DNA from: Octopus sinensis
Taxonomy: Eukaryota
Assembly: GCF_006345805.1 (NCBI RefSeq)
Contig: NC_043006.1
Span: 86,738,001-86,802,000 of the forward strand
Reading direction: 5' to 3'
DNA length: 64,000 bases
The notes below the pieces were generated by a model. The model searched no databases and was not told the origin of the DNA. It saw only the letters and a list, made by a program, of their open reading frames with translations. Made by a program: the position numbers and the translations under genes. Below, piece after piece: positions 14,087-26,975 of this stretch (its first letter is position 1; each line of letters begins with the position of its first letter).

Positions 14087-15479
14087 CTGGAAATAGAAGA
14101 ATTGTTTTCGAAACTAATAGACAAGAGAAAAAAAATAGTAAAAATAATAAAAACTGCACAAATTGATAAAGATTTTATTGAATAGGATTGATATAAACAC
14201 ACATAATCACATAATCACTTACCAATATACATATATACACAAGCATATGAACATACATAAATTAACAAACAAGTTTGTGTAAATGTTTGTGTGTGAGTTT
14301 GTATACACACACACACACACACATATACAGTTCTCAAAGCTATAAATATTCTTAACTTATATTTGTTAAAATGGTATGTCTCTTATACACACACATTCTC
14401 TCTCTCTCTCTCTCTCTCTCTTTATCACACACACACACAACGTTTTTGTTTCAGATTTCATAATAAATAAATAGAATTGTATATATCTACACAAATAAGC
14501 ATTTACCACCAAAAATGCATGTAAACACGTCCTGAAGTACACATGCATATCTAGACATATAAGAGGCACATTATTGATGTGCAGAAATACATACAGATCA
14601 ATAAACCAATACACATACACACACACACACAGAAGTGTCACCAATTCACGCACACACAATGGAGATTACTGAATGATTTGTGTCAAGTATTTTCATCGGA
14701 AAGTTTTAATGACAATAATTTTGAGAAGTTTCTTGCATGTGACATGCTCTTCAAATTGATCTGTTTTGGTTTGTGGAACTCATGGTCGTTATTATTGTTG
14801 TTGTAGTGTTAGGTCGTGGTGCTGTTGTAGTAACAATACTGATAGTAGAGGCAGTAAAGCAGGAAAATAATTTGATAGGCTGTCAGAAAGCAGGAAATAT
14901 TTACAAAAGTGTGAGGAAAAAAACCAAGTTAATTATAATGGCTTCCCAGGAATTTGAATAAACTTAATCACAGACGGTGCTACTGCTTTGCTTCAGCAGG
15001 AAAATGTGTTTTTGTACTTAGCTTAATAAAAATGACAGTAGCTTAAACAGAAAGAAATCAATCACAATAGAACTTTCTTTAAATCTACCTAACCTGTCAC
15101 ACACTGACTTCCTCTAAAGCATTTTGGCTTGTTTGCATGACATATTCAAAATCTGATTTCCTTGCTATAAAACTATAAAATCACTGAATAAAACTGTTTG
15201 TTCTTGTTACTGTTGTTGAGTAGCTCTATAACGATCCAATAGCATAACTGTGACTTTTTGAAATGAAACAACATATCCATCACTTGACACATTCAGGCAT
15301 ATATAAGTTTAAGATAACCTTAGAAATCTTATCTGTTTTCCAGTCGTAGATATTGTAGCCCTCACAGTAAGATGGGAGGGAGTTTATTGTAGAAGATTTA
15401 ACTGATACATTCAGTATGGTGAGCAACGGGTTGGGTAATCCCATTTTATGTTTAGTTTCATGTCAAGTCTGAACCAGTA

Positions 15480-16330
15480 GACTTATGAGCAAGGATTTTT
15501 CCTGTTGTGACCACTTCGTTGCTTCATTTAGGGCAATACATATGAAGCAAGGCACAAGAAGCCGGCTCCATTTTGTACGAGATCTTGCCGGTTGCCATTA
15601 CCATGTCCGACACAGGAGCAAGATCTCGCCTGCAACCATTTGCCATGCACGAGACGGCAGTGAGACTCTCTTCGGTAATGACTATAAAAGCAGGAGAATT
15701 AAGACATTCACTCTTTTTCTTCCTTCTCACCTGCAAGAAACACTGCAAGCTGGCAGCTCACAGCGGATTCTTATCCTGCTCTAACTTCACCTGTTATCTC
15801 CTGAGGTAATGAACCTCACATGAGCAGAGCTATAACGGACCACACACTACCATAAAGATGGTCACTGAGAATGAGTCACACGAACAAGAACTAAAATAAA
15901 CAATTATTGAATTGCACTCTGTTTGTAAGCATCTTCTTTGAGTTCCAGATCCTTAAGACTACAGAAATAATTGCAATGGGAGAAGGAGATACGCCACAGT
16001 TATCAGAAGCCTTCAATTCCATTATACATATTTCGCATAGGAATGAATATTTTATAGGAATAGAGGTTAAATACAACAAGGAAAAGGATGTGCTCTGACA
16101 GTGGAAGCTACTATAACAGATAATAATAAAGGAAGGCATGGGAGAAAGACAGTGAAGTCAAATTTCAGGATGCTAGCTATCATGGATGGGACAAGACTGA
16201 GACAAATGGGAACATTTTGTGGCAGATTAATGAAATCTTGGACAATGTGGTAAAATGTGTCTGGTAATGTAAGACAGCTAAGATCCTCCAAGAAACTCTT
16301 CCAAATGGTATCTAGAATCTAAAACCAAGC
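15480..16330 (+). pseudogene. Possible very old RTE-like LINE relic
   Basis: Weak motif echoes only: SCCDHFVASFRA (end of APE) and QQGKGCAL...HFVAD (QG / YADD regions); many stops. Confidence 0.3.
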
Positions 16331-16392
16331 TGACAGCTTTGATAAGATCAGTCAATCAAAATATTTGAACAATATAGACAATACAGAGTTTG

Positions 16393-16687
16393 TTCCTTCT
16401 CGAGCCATGCCTGGCTCATAAGGGCCAGTTTCCCGGTTTCCTTGGCGTATAGGTTCCCCACCTGGACGGGACGCCGGTCCATCACAGGTGAGCTGCAAGG
16501 TGCAGGAGGAAAGGGTGAGAGAAAGTTGTGGCAAAAGACTCAGCAGAAGTTCACCATTACCTTCTGCCGCAGTCGAGTGGAGCTTAGGCGTTTCACTCAT
16601 AAACACACACATCGCCCGGTCTGAGATTCAAACCCGCAATCCCTTGACCGCGAGTCTGCTGCTCTAACCACCAGGCCATGTGCCTCC
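16393..16687 (-). mobile_element. tRNA-derived SINE family 3 with gatggaccggcgtcccgtccagg domain
   Basis: tRNA-like head shared with 7475-7697 but a different 3' half. Confidence 0.7.
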
Positions 16688-17281
16688 ATACAATACAGAG
16701 AGTGGAGTGAATCAGGTCTTTAATGTCAACTGGTAGAAGTAACAGACATGTTTCAAACTTATCAGACCTTCTCAGAAAATCACATTTTACCTACTTAGCA
16801 AGATTAAGAATTATATATATATTTTATCACACACACACACACACAGACACACATAAATTATAAGCAATAGAAGGTGTATCAGGAGCAGTATGGCCGAATG
16901 GTTAGGAAGTTTGCTTTGCAATTATGAAGTCCCTGATTGAATTCTATTGTATGCCATCTTGAGCAAATGTAATTTTTCATAGCTTTGGGCTGGCCCATAA
17001 CTTGAGAGTGTAACTGGGTAGACAGAAACTGTGTAGATTCTGAAGGGACAGATTCCACCTGTAATTCAAATGGACAATCTTGTCACACTTTAGGTCTTGG
17101 TGATCACACCTGAGTATTGTATTAAGGATACATGTGCCTGTGGAATACTCAGTCATGTACATGTTAATTTCACAAGTTAGTAGTATCTCAGTCAATTGAA
17201 CACTGATTACATATCATTAAGCTAAACTATGGCCTGCTGCTACTGCTGCTGCTGCTGCTACTGCTGCTGCTGCTGCTACCT

Positions 17282-17312
<31 letters not shown>

Positions 17313-19270
17313 TGTGAGGTGTGTGTGTGTCTGTCTGCATGCACACGCACGTGTGTGTTTATAGATCTAAATAAAATAAATTTGGCTTCTTACTAGCAAA
17401 TAGGTAAAATATAAGAATTTAGATTTGTTTACAATGCTCTTACTGTGACTGACTGAGCATTGTTCAAATATCATAAGAGTTTTGAGACTTTAAACTGTTC
17501 TTGCACCAGTTCTCCTCTGAAATTTGGATATTACTGTGGAATGTAGTTTTTTGGATTAAACACGATTTCTCTTATAATCACTTTTTTCACCCTTGCTTTG
17601 TTTCAGACACTGGTCTAGAGGGTTTTAATCCAATAACCATTACGATAAACCTAAAATATTTACTTTGAATATTGCAGCTCTATATTTCTCATGAGTGATT
17701 AATAGTTCTTGGATATTTTTCTGCCAATATTGATATCATGTGAGAAAATTTAAAGAATGTGCTATCCTAATAAATCTCTCTCTTTTTTTTTAAGCAACAC
17801 TCAACTTGGGAACATTTCTTTCTCTTCTTGACCCACCTTAAATGCTGCTAATAATTTTGAATTCTATTTATTTTAAAAGATTTGTGGTTTTGGTTTAATT
17901 CTGCTTTACATTTAAATGTGCCCTCAAACTCACACAAAGCCTACTTACTTACTAACCTACCTACCAGCCTACCTACATATATACATACAGACCAATCCAT
18001 TTACCTATCTGCTAATCTAACTCCCTACCTATCCATTTACCCATCATCACTAAAATCAACATACCTATCAACCTGCTTACTTACCTAAATAACCACCAGC
18101 CTACTCATATTTGTAAACACCAACCTACCTACTGATCTACGATTTACAATCATTATCATAATCATTAACATCAGCTTTATATTCAAACTGAATGGACAAT
18201 AATAAAGCTGGGTCAATTCTTAGTGCCCTGTGAAATAGGTAAGGACCATCTGTCCCCTATACCTTCCATTTTTGGCATGATTTATGTGGCTGGATGTTCT
18301 TCCTACAGCTTGCTACTTAAAGTATACTAGGCACATTTTATCATGGCACCATCCCTTGAGAGGTAGTCAAGCCCTCAAAAGACCATTGAATCTTCACCTC
18401 CCTATGATTTCTTGATTTCTCCGTACATTGACCGAAACCTTTACATGCCACCTAAACCCACTATCAAGCCAATGCCTCTATCATTGTGAGTCCAAAACCC
18501 TAGATACTCAACCACACACTTTTATTGAAATAAAGTCATAATATATAAACAAAAATATTGTATCCACATTCAATTTTCATTCACAAACATTCTATGTCTC
18601 CTCTAGTCATTCTAAGGTAAGGCAATATAGTTAAACTAAGCCTTGCCAATGAACTCACACACAACAGGAACATGTCTGAGGCTGTCACATATACTGCCGA
18701 AGATCAGACTCACCCACTTTCCACTGCATTCTGTATTAGATTATGATGAATTTAAATCACAGTTATCTTCCATGCCTTCCTTGAAAAGAATTAGTCATTA
18801 AAACAATGAATTTTTTCTTCTCACTCAGAATGTAACAGCAGTTGATTAAAATTTCATGCCTCAAAAATGTTAGCATTTAATTTACAGCATGTGTGTGTGT
18901 GTGAGAGAGAGCATGACTGTGCATAGATGAGTGTGTATGGCTGTGTGAGTGAATGTGATGAGCATGTATGTATGTATGCTTGAATGTATGTTTATATGTT
19001 TGTGTGTGTAACTATATATATATATATATATATATATTGGTGTGTATGTATTCAGGTGTGTATGTGCATCTATATAAATGCATGTGTGCATGCACATGTG
19101 TGTTTATGCAAGTGTGAGCTCCTAGCTCAACTAAGACAATACCGGGTGTAGTTTTTTTTTTCCTATAGACACAACATACAAATTGGAAATCAACAAAAGT
19201 TCATGGGAAAATGTTTGAACATTAGAAGAAATAATCACGAACATGAGACAGAGTGATCGGTTGAACTTAC

Positions 19271-19434
19271 TTGTATGGTGAAGGTTTCAGATGAGAAATA
19301 TTTGCGCTATGAAGAAATATTTCCTGAGTAGCTGTAACTGTGGTACCCTTAAGTTTTAATGTTACAAGGGGATGTCCTTTTTGCTTTGTCCAAGTATCCA
19401 TTACTGTTGCCACTGGGAAATCTGGCTCTGTTGG
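19271..19434 (-). CDS. Internal exon of M1 aminopeptidase, phase 0-2 (MDTWTxQxGxP motif)
   Basis: Acceptor tatttatag|CCA, donor AA|gtaagt; 164 nt = PTEPDFPVATVMDTWTKQKGHPLVTLKLKGTTVTATQEIFLHSANISHLKPSPY+AA. Not in the ORF track. Confidence 0.92.
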
Positions 19435-20250
19435 CTATAAATATAAAATACACACACACACACACATATATATATATACATATAATTGAAATTTAAAGAA
19501 AAGCAAAGGACAAAGATAGGTGTATGAACAACAAGCAGGTGTATTAGTTTGATGCACGGGAAAATGAAAAGGTCTTTTATGTTTCAAGACTATCCTCTTC
19601 AATACAAAGGAATAAGAGAAAATAAACAGAGAGAGAATGAAAAAAACTTGTAGATTTAGCGGTCAAGCATGGCAAATGATTAGAAAAAATGTTAGAAAGA
19701 AAAGGTTGAAGGAAAGGGAGGTAATCAAGCTGACCATATATGATCAGCTTTTTACACAATTTCTGTGTTTATAGTACAAGACACTTGCCTAAGATGTCAT
19801 GCAGGGAAACTGAACCTGAAATCATGAAATCACATAGCTGCTTAACCACAAGGCCATGACTGCATCAACATAGAATGTTAGTGGAAACGTATTCAATAAC
19901 TGGGTAATTTAAAAGAATATTGTTAAGTGGAAATAAGCTATATGCTGCAATCAGCAAGAATGAATCTTAACTTCATGAAATCTTGAGAATAGATTTGATA
20001 TCTTTGACTTTGGTTTAGTCTGAAATATTACAGTTTTGCTGCAAGGCTAAATATGCTGGTAGCATATTGACAGATTATAAATATTAAATATGGTTCTACA
20101 TACAGGGATATTTCATACTAAAATCTGTATTTAATATAATCTAGTCAAAAACTAAATAATGAAATAATGTACCTATCTATCTGTCTGTCTGTCTATCTAT
20201 CTATCTTCCTAGCTAGTAACTTACTAACCTACCCACCAATCTATCTAACG

Positions 20251-20428
20251 AACACTCTAGCTATCCATGTACCCACCTCCCCAAACACTCTAGCTATCCA
20301 TGTACCCACCTCCCCAAACACTAGCTATCCATGTACCCACCTCCCCAAACACTCTAGCTATCCATGTACCCACCTCCCCAAACATTCTAGCTATCCATGT
20401 ACCCACATCCACAAACACCTAGCTACCT
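20251..20428 (+). repeat. 33-bp minisatellite, ~5.5 units
   Basis: Unit aacactctagctatccatgtacccacctcccca. Confidence 0.9.
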
Positions 20429-20485
20429 GCTTACTAACCTATGTAACCACCAACCTACCCACCTGTGTACCCAATAACCTACCTG

Positions 20486-21392
20486 CGAGGTGGTACCAGA
20501 AAGTGCCCAGATTTTAAAGCTTAATAAGAAATAACTTATTTACCTAAGTTTTAACATCATCTCCTTTGAAATACTCACCTTGGCAGCAATACACCAGTCC
20601 TAGTGTTGCTGCCAGTTTTGGAATCTGACCTGGAAGTTGTTTTCTGTAAGCAAGTCAAGAACATTCTGCAATTCGTTCTTGATTTCGACAATGTTATAAT
20701 GCTGACCATTGAGCTGCCTTTTCATCTTGGGAAAGAGATGGAAGTATACAGGAGCTAAATCTGGCGAATAGGGTGGCTGCAGAAGTGATACCATACAGTT
20801 TTTGGTGAAAAACTCACAAGTGAGGAAAGCTTGGTGACAGGGTGCATAGATGTGAAGAATCCAATTCGTCATGCTCCACAGATCTCATTGATTTTGTCAA
20901 CCGTCCCCACTCAAACACTTTAAAACATTGTTGATTATCCACTGACAATCTTCATGCACAAACTGAAGAATTTTCCCTACGTTTCCAGAGGCAACACTCA
21001 TGGGAGGCCTTCGGGATTGCTCATTGTCTTCCAGGGACTTTCTTCCATTTTGAAGCACCTGTGTTACTTGAAACATTGCATACAACTCAATCATTGCCTC
21101 ATCACTATAACCTTGCTGAAGCATACTTAATGTCTCTGTAGCAGACTTCCTGTGTTTTACGCAAAATTTCATGTTGGCTCTTTGTTCCAACTTTCTGTCC
21201 ACGGCAAATATTGTACACTACACCATACATGTGATCACAGAAACATAAATTTCACAAGTTGTGATGTAGACACAGTGATATCACTGGAACATTGCCTCAT
21301 GAAGATCACTGTTACCTCTCACTCTGCAAGAATGAGCTGTCATCTGTTGGTGTGCTACAGAACTAGTCTGGGAACGTTTTGATGCCACCTAG
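20486..21392 (-). mobile_element. Internally deleted mariner of a second subfamily (EQRANxKFC type)
   Basis: TIRs cgaggtggtaccagaaagtgcccaga / tctgggaacgttttgatgccacctag+TA. N-terminal MDRKLEQRANMKFCVK...SATET and C-terminal PPYSPDLAP.YFHLFPKMK; the central catalytic part is missing. Confidence 0.9.
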
Positions 21393-21672
21393 TACCTACA
21401 TATAAATCAATCTATTCACTTACCTATCACTCTAACTCCTAAACTATCCATCTACAAAATTACCCACCTACCTACGTAATCACCTACCTATCTCTTTATC
21501 TAACTACCACTGGTATTGGTAAGAAAGTAGAGTGGTAGGTAGATGATAACATAGGTGGGTAGGCAAATTTGTGTGTAGATGAGTAAGGACTTAGTTAGGC
21601 AGATGAGTGAATAGGTTAATGTGTAGGCATGTATATGTATATTTAGGTAGATAGAAGGTAGATTGATATATG

Positions 21673-21709
<37 letters not shown>

Positions 21710-21746
21710 ATGCATGTATTATGTGTGTATATATATATTTATATAT

Positions 21747-24092
21747 GCAAGACAGTGTGTGAGAGAGAATCGTGATGTGGTAGGAGAGAAGTGTGTTCGC
21801 ATGGATGATGGTTCACTTGCGCTAAATGAGGATGCAAAGAGAGAGGTTTGGAGATGCCACTATGAAAGGTTGCTGAATAAAGAAAATGAATGGGATAAAG
21901 AGAGTCTGCCGAATGTTGACCCAACAGAGGGACCAGCTATCTGAGTTGATAGTTCCGTGGTAGCTAAGGCAATTAGAAGCATGAAGACAAGGAAAGCCCC
22001 AGGCCCATCAGGAATTACTGCAGAGATGCTCAAAATATCTGGCAGTGTCGGCTATAACCTAGTCACCCGTATAGTCAACCAGGTGATACACGAAGGAGTC
22101 ATACCCAATGACTGGTGCAGCAGCATACTAGTCAACTGCTACAAAGGTAAAGGTGATGCCCTAGATACAAATAATTACAGAGGTATCAAGCTGTTGGATC
22201 AAGTAATGAAGGTTACGGAGAGGGTCATAGCCCAACTAATTAGAGAGAGAGTTAGTTTAGATGAGATGCAGTTTGGGTTCGTGCCAGGGAAAAGTATCAC
22301 TGATGCTATATTCCTGGTAAGGCAGCTGCAGGAGAAATACCTAGCCAAAGATAAGCCCCTGTACCTGGCTTTCGTTGACATGGAGAAAGCTTTTGATAGG
22401 GTCCCCTGATCCCTTATCTGGTGGTCAATGAGGAAACTAGGGATAGATGAATGGCTGGTGAGGACTGTGCAAGCCATGTACAGAGATGCCGTAAGTAAGG
22501 TTAGGGTTGGCAACATGTACACAGAAGAATTCAAAGTAGAGGTTGGGGTCCACCAGGGTTCAGTACTCAGCCCCCTCCTATTTATCATAGTACTCCAGGC
22601 AATTACGGAGGAATTCAAGACAGGCTGTCCTTGGGAGCTCCTCTACGCTGACGACCTTGCTCTTATTGCTGAGTCACTATCAGAACTGGAGGAGAAGTTC
22701 CAGGTGTGGAAGGAGGGTTTAGAATCGAGGGGCCTTAGAGTCAACCTAGCTAAAACCAAAGTACTAATAAGTAGGAAGGTAGACAATCCACAAATGTCTT
22801 CAGGAAGATGGCCCTGCTCGATCTGTAGAAAAGGTGTAGGTAGAAACTCTATAAGATGTACCCAGTGTAAGCTATGGACACATAAGAGGTGCAGCAATGT
22901 CAAAGGTAGGCTAACTGGGAAGATAGTTTTTGTATGTGGCAGATGCTCGGGAGCATTAACCTCCGAAAATCTGCAGAAAACAACTTCCGTCACTTTCCAG
23001 GGGGAAAAACTAGAAGTAGTTGATAGCTTCTGTTATCTAGGTGACCAAGTCAGTAGTGGGGGTGGGTGCGCTGAAAGTGTAACTGCTAGAATAAGAATAG
23101 CCTGGGCAAAGTTTAGGGAGCTCTTACCTCTGCTGGTGACTAAAGGCCTCTCGCTCAGAGTAAAAGGCAGACTGTATGATGCGTGTGTACGAACAGCCAT
23201 GCTACATGGCAGTGAAACATGGGCCGTGACTGCTGAGGACATGCGTAAGCTCGTGAGGAATGAAGCCAGTATGCTCCGATGGATGTGTAATGTTAGTGTA
23301 CATACTCGACAGAGCGTTAGCACCTTGAGAGAAATGTTGTACCTAAGAAGCATCAGTTGTGGTGTGCAAGAGAGATGATTGCGCTGGTATGGTCATGTGG
23401 CGAGAATGGATGAAGATAGGTGTGTGAGAAAGTGCCAATCCCTAGCAGTTGAGGGAAACTGTGGAAGAGGTAGACCCAGGAAAACCTGGGACGAGGTGGT
23501 GAAGCACGACCTTCGAACTTTAGGCCTCACTGAGGAAATGACCAGCGACCGAGACCTTTGGAAATATTCTGTACGTGAGAAGACCAGGCAGGACAAGTGA
23601 GCCCAGCCCACTTATGAATGCCTTTCCTCCCTTGGACACAAAGACCTGTTGAGGCAAGCGAAGTCGATATAGAACCTCATCCGACGACAGACACCCATGC
23701 CAACCCCCTCTGCTTGCGAAGACATGTTGGGGCAAGCGAAATCGAAACAGAATTGAACCAGCCAGGATCCCTGGTCTGGTGGTACGTAAAAAGCACTATC
23801 CGACTCATGGCCGATGCCAGCGCCGCTTCGACTGGCCTCCGTGCCGGTGGCACATAAAATACACCAATCCGACCGTGGCCGTTGCCAGCCCCGCCTGGCA
23901 CCTGTGCAGGTGGCACGTAAAAAGCACCCACTACACTCACAGAGTGGTTGGCGTTAGGAAGGGCATCCAGCTGTAGAAACATTGCCAGATTAGACTGGAG
24001 CCTGGTGCAGCCTTCTGGCTTCCCAGAACGCCGGTCGAACCGTCCAACCCATGCTAGCATGGAGAACGGACGATGATGATGATGATGATGAT
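21747..24092 (+). mobile_element. 5'-truncated RTE-clade LINE (RT domain, PHD-like insert, 3'UTR, (GAT)n tail)
   Basis: ORFs 21663, 21957, 22428 and 23379 are all in one frame, broken only by three TGA stops. RT motifs KAPGPSG, QFGF, DMEKAFDRVP, GVHQGSVLSPLLF, YADD, YLG and LRWYGHV are present; ends in GATGAT repeats. Confidence 0.95.
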
Positions 24093-24156
24093 TATATATA
24101 TATATATATGATATGTATGTATTATGTGTATATATATATATGATATGTATGCATTA

Positions 24157-24217
<61 letters not shown>

Positions 24218-24248
24218 ATGTATGTATTATGTGTGTATATATATATAT

Positions 24249-24477
24249 ATATCAAAACTAAAGTTATTGAACAAACAAAGGCAAGGTCAACCGCATATCA
24301 TTTCATAATTCGAACATTTAATCACAGAATATACATATAAACATCCCGCAAGATGGAACATAATTCATCTGTACAAGCATACAAGCATATAATAATAATA
24401 AGGTGCGACAAAAAAATTTCTAAACGATGAACTTTTATTTTATTTTCATGATATATATTTTATATTTTTTATATGCT

Positions 24478-24525
<48 letters not shown>

Positions 24526-24803
24526 ATATTTTTTATATACCTATATATTTTTATATGTTACTTTATATTATATTTTTACTTTCTAGATATTTTTCTGAAT
24601 CGCTAAAATATTAACTCTAAACTGTGATGAAAAAATTTTTTCCTCGCACCTTATTATTATTATATGCTTGTATGCTTGTACAGATGAATTATGTTCCATC
24701 TTGGGGGATGTTTATATGTATATTCTGTGATTAAATGTTCGAATTATGAAATGATATGCGAATGACCTTACCTTTGTTTGTTCAATAACTTTAGTTTTGA
24801 TAT
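24249..24803. repeat. ~170-bp near-perfect inverted repeat around an AT-rich spacer
   Basis: atcaaaactaaagttattgaacaaacaaagg...aggtgcgac (24251-24420) versus its reverse complement at ~24630-24803. Confidence 0.85.
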
Positions 24804-24944
24804 TTTTGTCTCTTTCAATAGAGCACTTCTATAGCAGTCCTATTAATCTTTGTGTTCCTGACAAGAAGCAATCACTGTATTATTCATAATGATATATATA
24901 TATATACATATATATATATATGTATATATCATATATATATATAC

Positions 24945-25826
24945 AAATTTACAGAATGAGATAAAAATCCAAGGCTGTGAAAGATTTCAGAACATTTATA
25001 AATAGAAGGTCTTACAGCTGTTTCCAGTATATTTTATATATCCCTTCATTGGAGACGGTGTGAGAAAATGGTTAAGCAATACTTATTCTGGATAAGATAT
25101 GAAATAGAGAGTGAAGTGGAGGAATGAAAATAGATGTGAGATATGCAGGGATATTGTATCTGCAGTTCCATTATTTAGGCAGAATTGTATACATATAAGA
25201 TTCCTGTACCTTGTGAGTAAGTTCCAATCGTATTTGAAATTAGTCATTCCAAGCATAGAGTTTGTGAACGGTGTTATTGAATGGAGGTTTTTTTTGAAGT
25301 GACTTAAAAGTTGGGAATGTGTTTGTAAGGTCAAATCAAAAACAAGAAGAGAGGAAAAAAGAAAAGAAAAAAGGATAAAGAAAAAGAAAAGCTGGGAGAG
25401 AGATAATAAAGAAATGGAGAGAGGAAAAGTGTACTGGTTAGTGGTCAGTCAGGATAATTTGATGGAAGGAATGGGGAGGTGAGGGTGATAGAAAGAGAAA
25501 GATATGAGAGTGTAAAAAGATGAGAGAGTAAAGAGTAAAGGAGTGACAGGTAGTTAGTGATAGAACCTAAGTGAGGGGCAGAGAGAGGGGGTAGTGGTAG
25601 TAAAATGGTGGAATGAAGAATTTGGGAATATAGGTTAGGTTGCTTAGTGGACAGGTCAGTGCTTAGTAGTAGAAGAAAATATATGTGAAGATGTATACAC
25701 ATGCATATATTAAACATGTATATAGATATTTATACACATCAGCACCTACATTATGCACATCAGCACCTACACATACAACATGTACTCATAAGTATATGTA
25801 TATATGCAGGTATATATACCTTGTAT

Positions 25827-25859
<33 letters not shown>

Positions 25860-26975
25860 GACACACACGTACATATGCACATACATACATACAAATACAA
25901 TTAAATGATTGTGATATTCAAGTATGAAAGAGAAATTAGATAGGGATTAGGAGTTAAAATGTAGATTTATAAGGTTATCGGGATTACCTAAGGGGTATTG
26001 TGGAAATATACTGCAGAAGATATAATGTAATTTACAAATGCACTGTCCTTAATCTATTACACAACCCTACAGCCATATTCATAGGATCAACCCAAACTTT
26101 TAAGCAATGATATACCACTCACCTCCATTCTTTTAGTTACAATAAACATAGCAAATCTACAACACTTGCCAACTACATACATCATCTCAAAAATACAAAT
26201 ATACCCTATACTTTATCATGGTCCATACTGGATTCAGGGCTTCCCTACCGAGGTTAATGGTCAACCTGAAAGTTTTGCCTGAAGGAAGCACTTCATGTAT
26301 TAAAGCACAACTCTCCAACACTGCTAAATAAACATAATGAGGCACTAAGCACATGCAACCACTGCTTTTTTTTACACATTCAAATTCTACCACAAATCCA
26401 AATGCCTAAATGACCATACAGTAATATTTCCACAATACCCCTTAGGTAATCCCAATAACCTTATAAATCTACATTTTAACTCCTAATTCCTATCTAATTC
26501 CTCTTTCATACTTGAATATCACAATCATTTAATTGTATTTGTATGTATGTGTGTACATACATATGTATGTGTGTGTGTGTGTGTTTGTGTGTGTGTGTAT
26601 GTGTGTGTGAGTGTGTGTGTCTATGTATGTATGCAAGTCACTTAAAAAAAACCTCCATTCAATAACAATGCTTGGAATGACTAATTTCAAATACGATTGG
26701 AACTTACTCACAAGGTACAGGAATCTTATATGTATACCATTCTGCCTAAATAATGGAACTGCAGATACAATATCCCTGCATGTCTCACATCTATTTTCAT
26801 TCCTCCACTTCACTCTCTATTTCATATCTTATCTACAATAAGTATTGCTTAACCATTTTCTCACACCGTCTCCGATAAAGAGATATAAAATATCCCGGAA
26901 ACAGATGTAAGACCTATTTATAAATGTTTGGAAATCTTTCACGGCCTTGGATTTTTATCTCATTCTGTAAATTTT
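24945..26975. repeat. Inverted pair of Penelope-like pseudo-LTRs (~350 bp arms) with degenerate hammerheads
   Basis: 24945-25305 is the reverse complement of 26636-26975. Both carry gtct-cc(g/a)at(a/g)a-a-g(a/g)gata...tat(ccc/act)-g-gaaa-cag(a/c)tgta-agac at 26868-26913 (+) and 25009-25056 (-). Confidence 0.7.
26024..26362 (+). pseudogene. Penelope-type GIY-YIG endonuclease relic inside an inverted repeat
   Basis: Single frame with 3 stops: NVIYKCTV...IFIGSTQTFKQ*YTTH...STTLANYIHHLK...YTLSWSIL...*KFCLKEALHVL...LLNKHNEALSTCNH. Flanked by inverted arms ~25840-26010 and ~26424-26630. Confidence 0.75.

Noticed and set aside
21942-23378. In-frame TGA codons in the RTE ORF as possible selenocysteine or readthrough
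   Set aside because: They fall at Arg positions, so CGA-to-TGA decay is simpler; no SECIS recognised.
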